A DNA stretch of 64,000 bases from contig JBILGU010000010.1 in NCBI GenBank assembly GCA_044350805.1, positions 8,842-72,841 of the forward strand, written 5' to 3'. The stretch comes from Methylococcaceae bacterium. GTDB lineage: Bacteria; Pseudomonadota; Gammaproteobacteria; Methylococcales; Methylococcaceae. A program made the translations under genes and the position numbers. Of this stretch, positions 63,680 to 64,000 are shown piece by piece. How positions within the stretch are numbered: the stretch's first letter is position 1; every line of letters starts with the position of its first letter. Below the pieces are notes generated by a model. That model saw only the letters and a list, made by a program, of their open reading frames with translations, had not been told where the DNA came from and made no database searches.

Positions 63680-64000
63680 TGAAATCGTCAATCTTTCGCG
63701 GTTGCAGTTCGGACTCACGGCGCTTTACCACTTTCTTTTTGTCCCCCTCACGCTGGGGATGACCTTTATTCTCGCCATCATGGAATCGGTGTACGTGATG
63801 ACAGGGCGTCAGGTCTATAGGGATATGACCCGATTCTGGGGCAAGCTTTTTGCGATTAACTTCGCCATGGGCGTAACGACGGGTCTAACCCTTGAATTCC
63901 AGTTCGGAACGAACTGGGCGTATTACTCCCACTATGTCGGCGACATCTTTGGTCCCATTCTGGCCAGTGAAGGCTGGATGGCGTTTTTTCTGGAGTCGAC
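63669..64000 (+). CDS. cydA: Cytochrome bd ubiquinol oxidase subunit I, N-terminal 110 codons (continues beyond the window)
   Basis: My own translation from ATG 63669: [95 protein letters not shown]... is the canonical CydA N-terminus. Confidence 0.92.
   Translation, partial: MTGDEIVNLSRLQFGLTALYHFLFVPLTLGMTFILAIMESVYVMTGRQVYRDMTRFWGKLFAINFAMGVTTGLTLEFQFGTNWAYYSHYVGDIFGPILASEGWMAFFLES

Noticed and set aside
1-64000. Search for CRISPR arrays, tRNA/rRNA genes, IS elements and long direct or inverted repeats
   Set aside because: Reading the intergenic regions, I found no regularly spaced repeats, no tRNA T-arm/acceptor signatures outside coding sequence, and no transposase- or integrase-like ORFs. 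A computational scan (tRNAscan, a repeat finder) would be needed to make this negative result firm.

Overview
Dense chromosomal window from a Gram-negative, apparently proteobacterial genome. Hand counts give mid-50s %GC, and the gene content suggests a sulfur-handling aerobe or microaerobe. The taxon cannot be fixed by eye. I support about 60 protein genes, nearly all conserved housekeeping or envelope functions:
- partial sodB; a multi-PAS/PP2C phosphatase; a cytochrome c
- a co-directional dksA-gluQ-rnfABCGE-nth string
- an aminotransferase and an FKBP isomerase
- lplT-aas next to a lysophospholipase-like lipoprotein
- an HTTM/DCC fusion protein, a nitroreductase and kdoO
- psd, gpsA-secB-rhodanese, and an ArsR/BigR-like regulator
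- gpmI-envC-ctpA; cysI-DUF934; nhaD; a DAACS symporter; an orphan parA
- dnaQ-rnhA, mltD, rsfS, a K+ channel, prfC, polA, aspS
- a tolC-MFP-RND-DUF2892-sqr string divergent from cydA

I recognised no rRNA, tRNA, CRISPR array, transposase, integrase or known defence system. The only accessory-looking stretches are about 19.9-23.2 kb (orphan small genes plus a 0.67-kb non-coding gap) and about 39.8-41.5 kb (an AT-rich islet).

I did not find a clear-cut novel multi-gene system. The best candidates for follow-up are:
1. An RND tripartite exporter apparently co-transcribed with DUF2892 and sulfide:quinone oxidoreductase, sharing a palindrome-bearing control region with cytochrome bd genes.
2. A three-part HTTM + DCC (CxxC) fusion membrane protein.
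3. A LOV-type PAS domain that has lost the photoactive Cys, inside a PP2C phosphatase.
4. An rnf cluster cleanly lacking rnfD.
5. A BigR/SqrR-type two-Cys ArsR regulator next to a membrane rhodanese.

All functional calls come from motif-level reading of the supplied translations. No database search was run.
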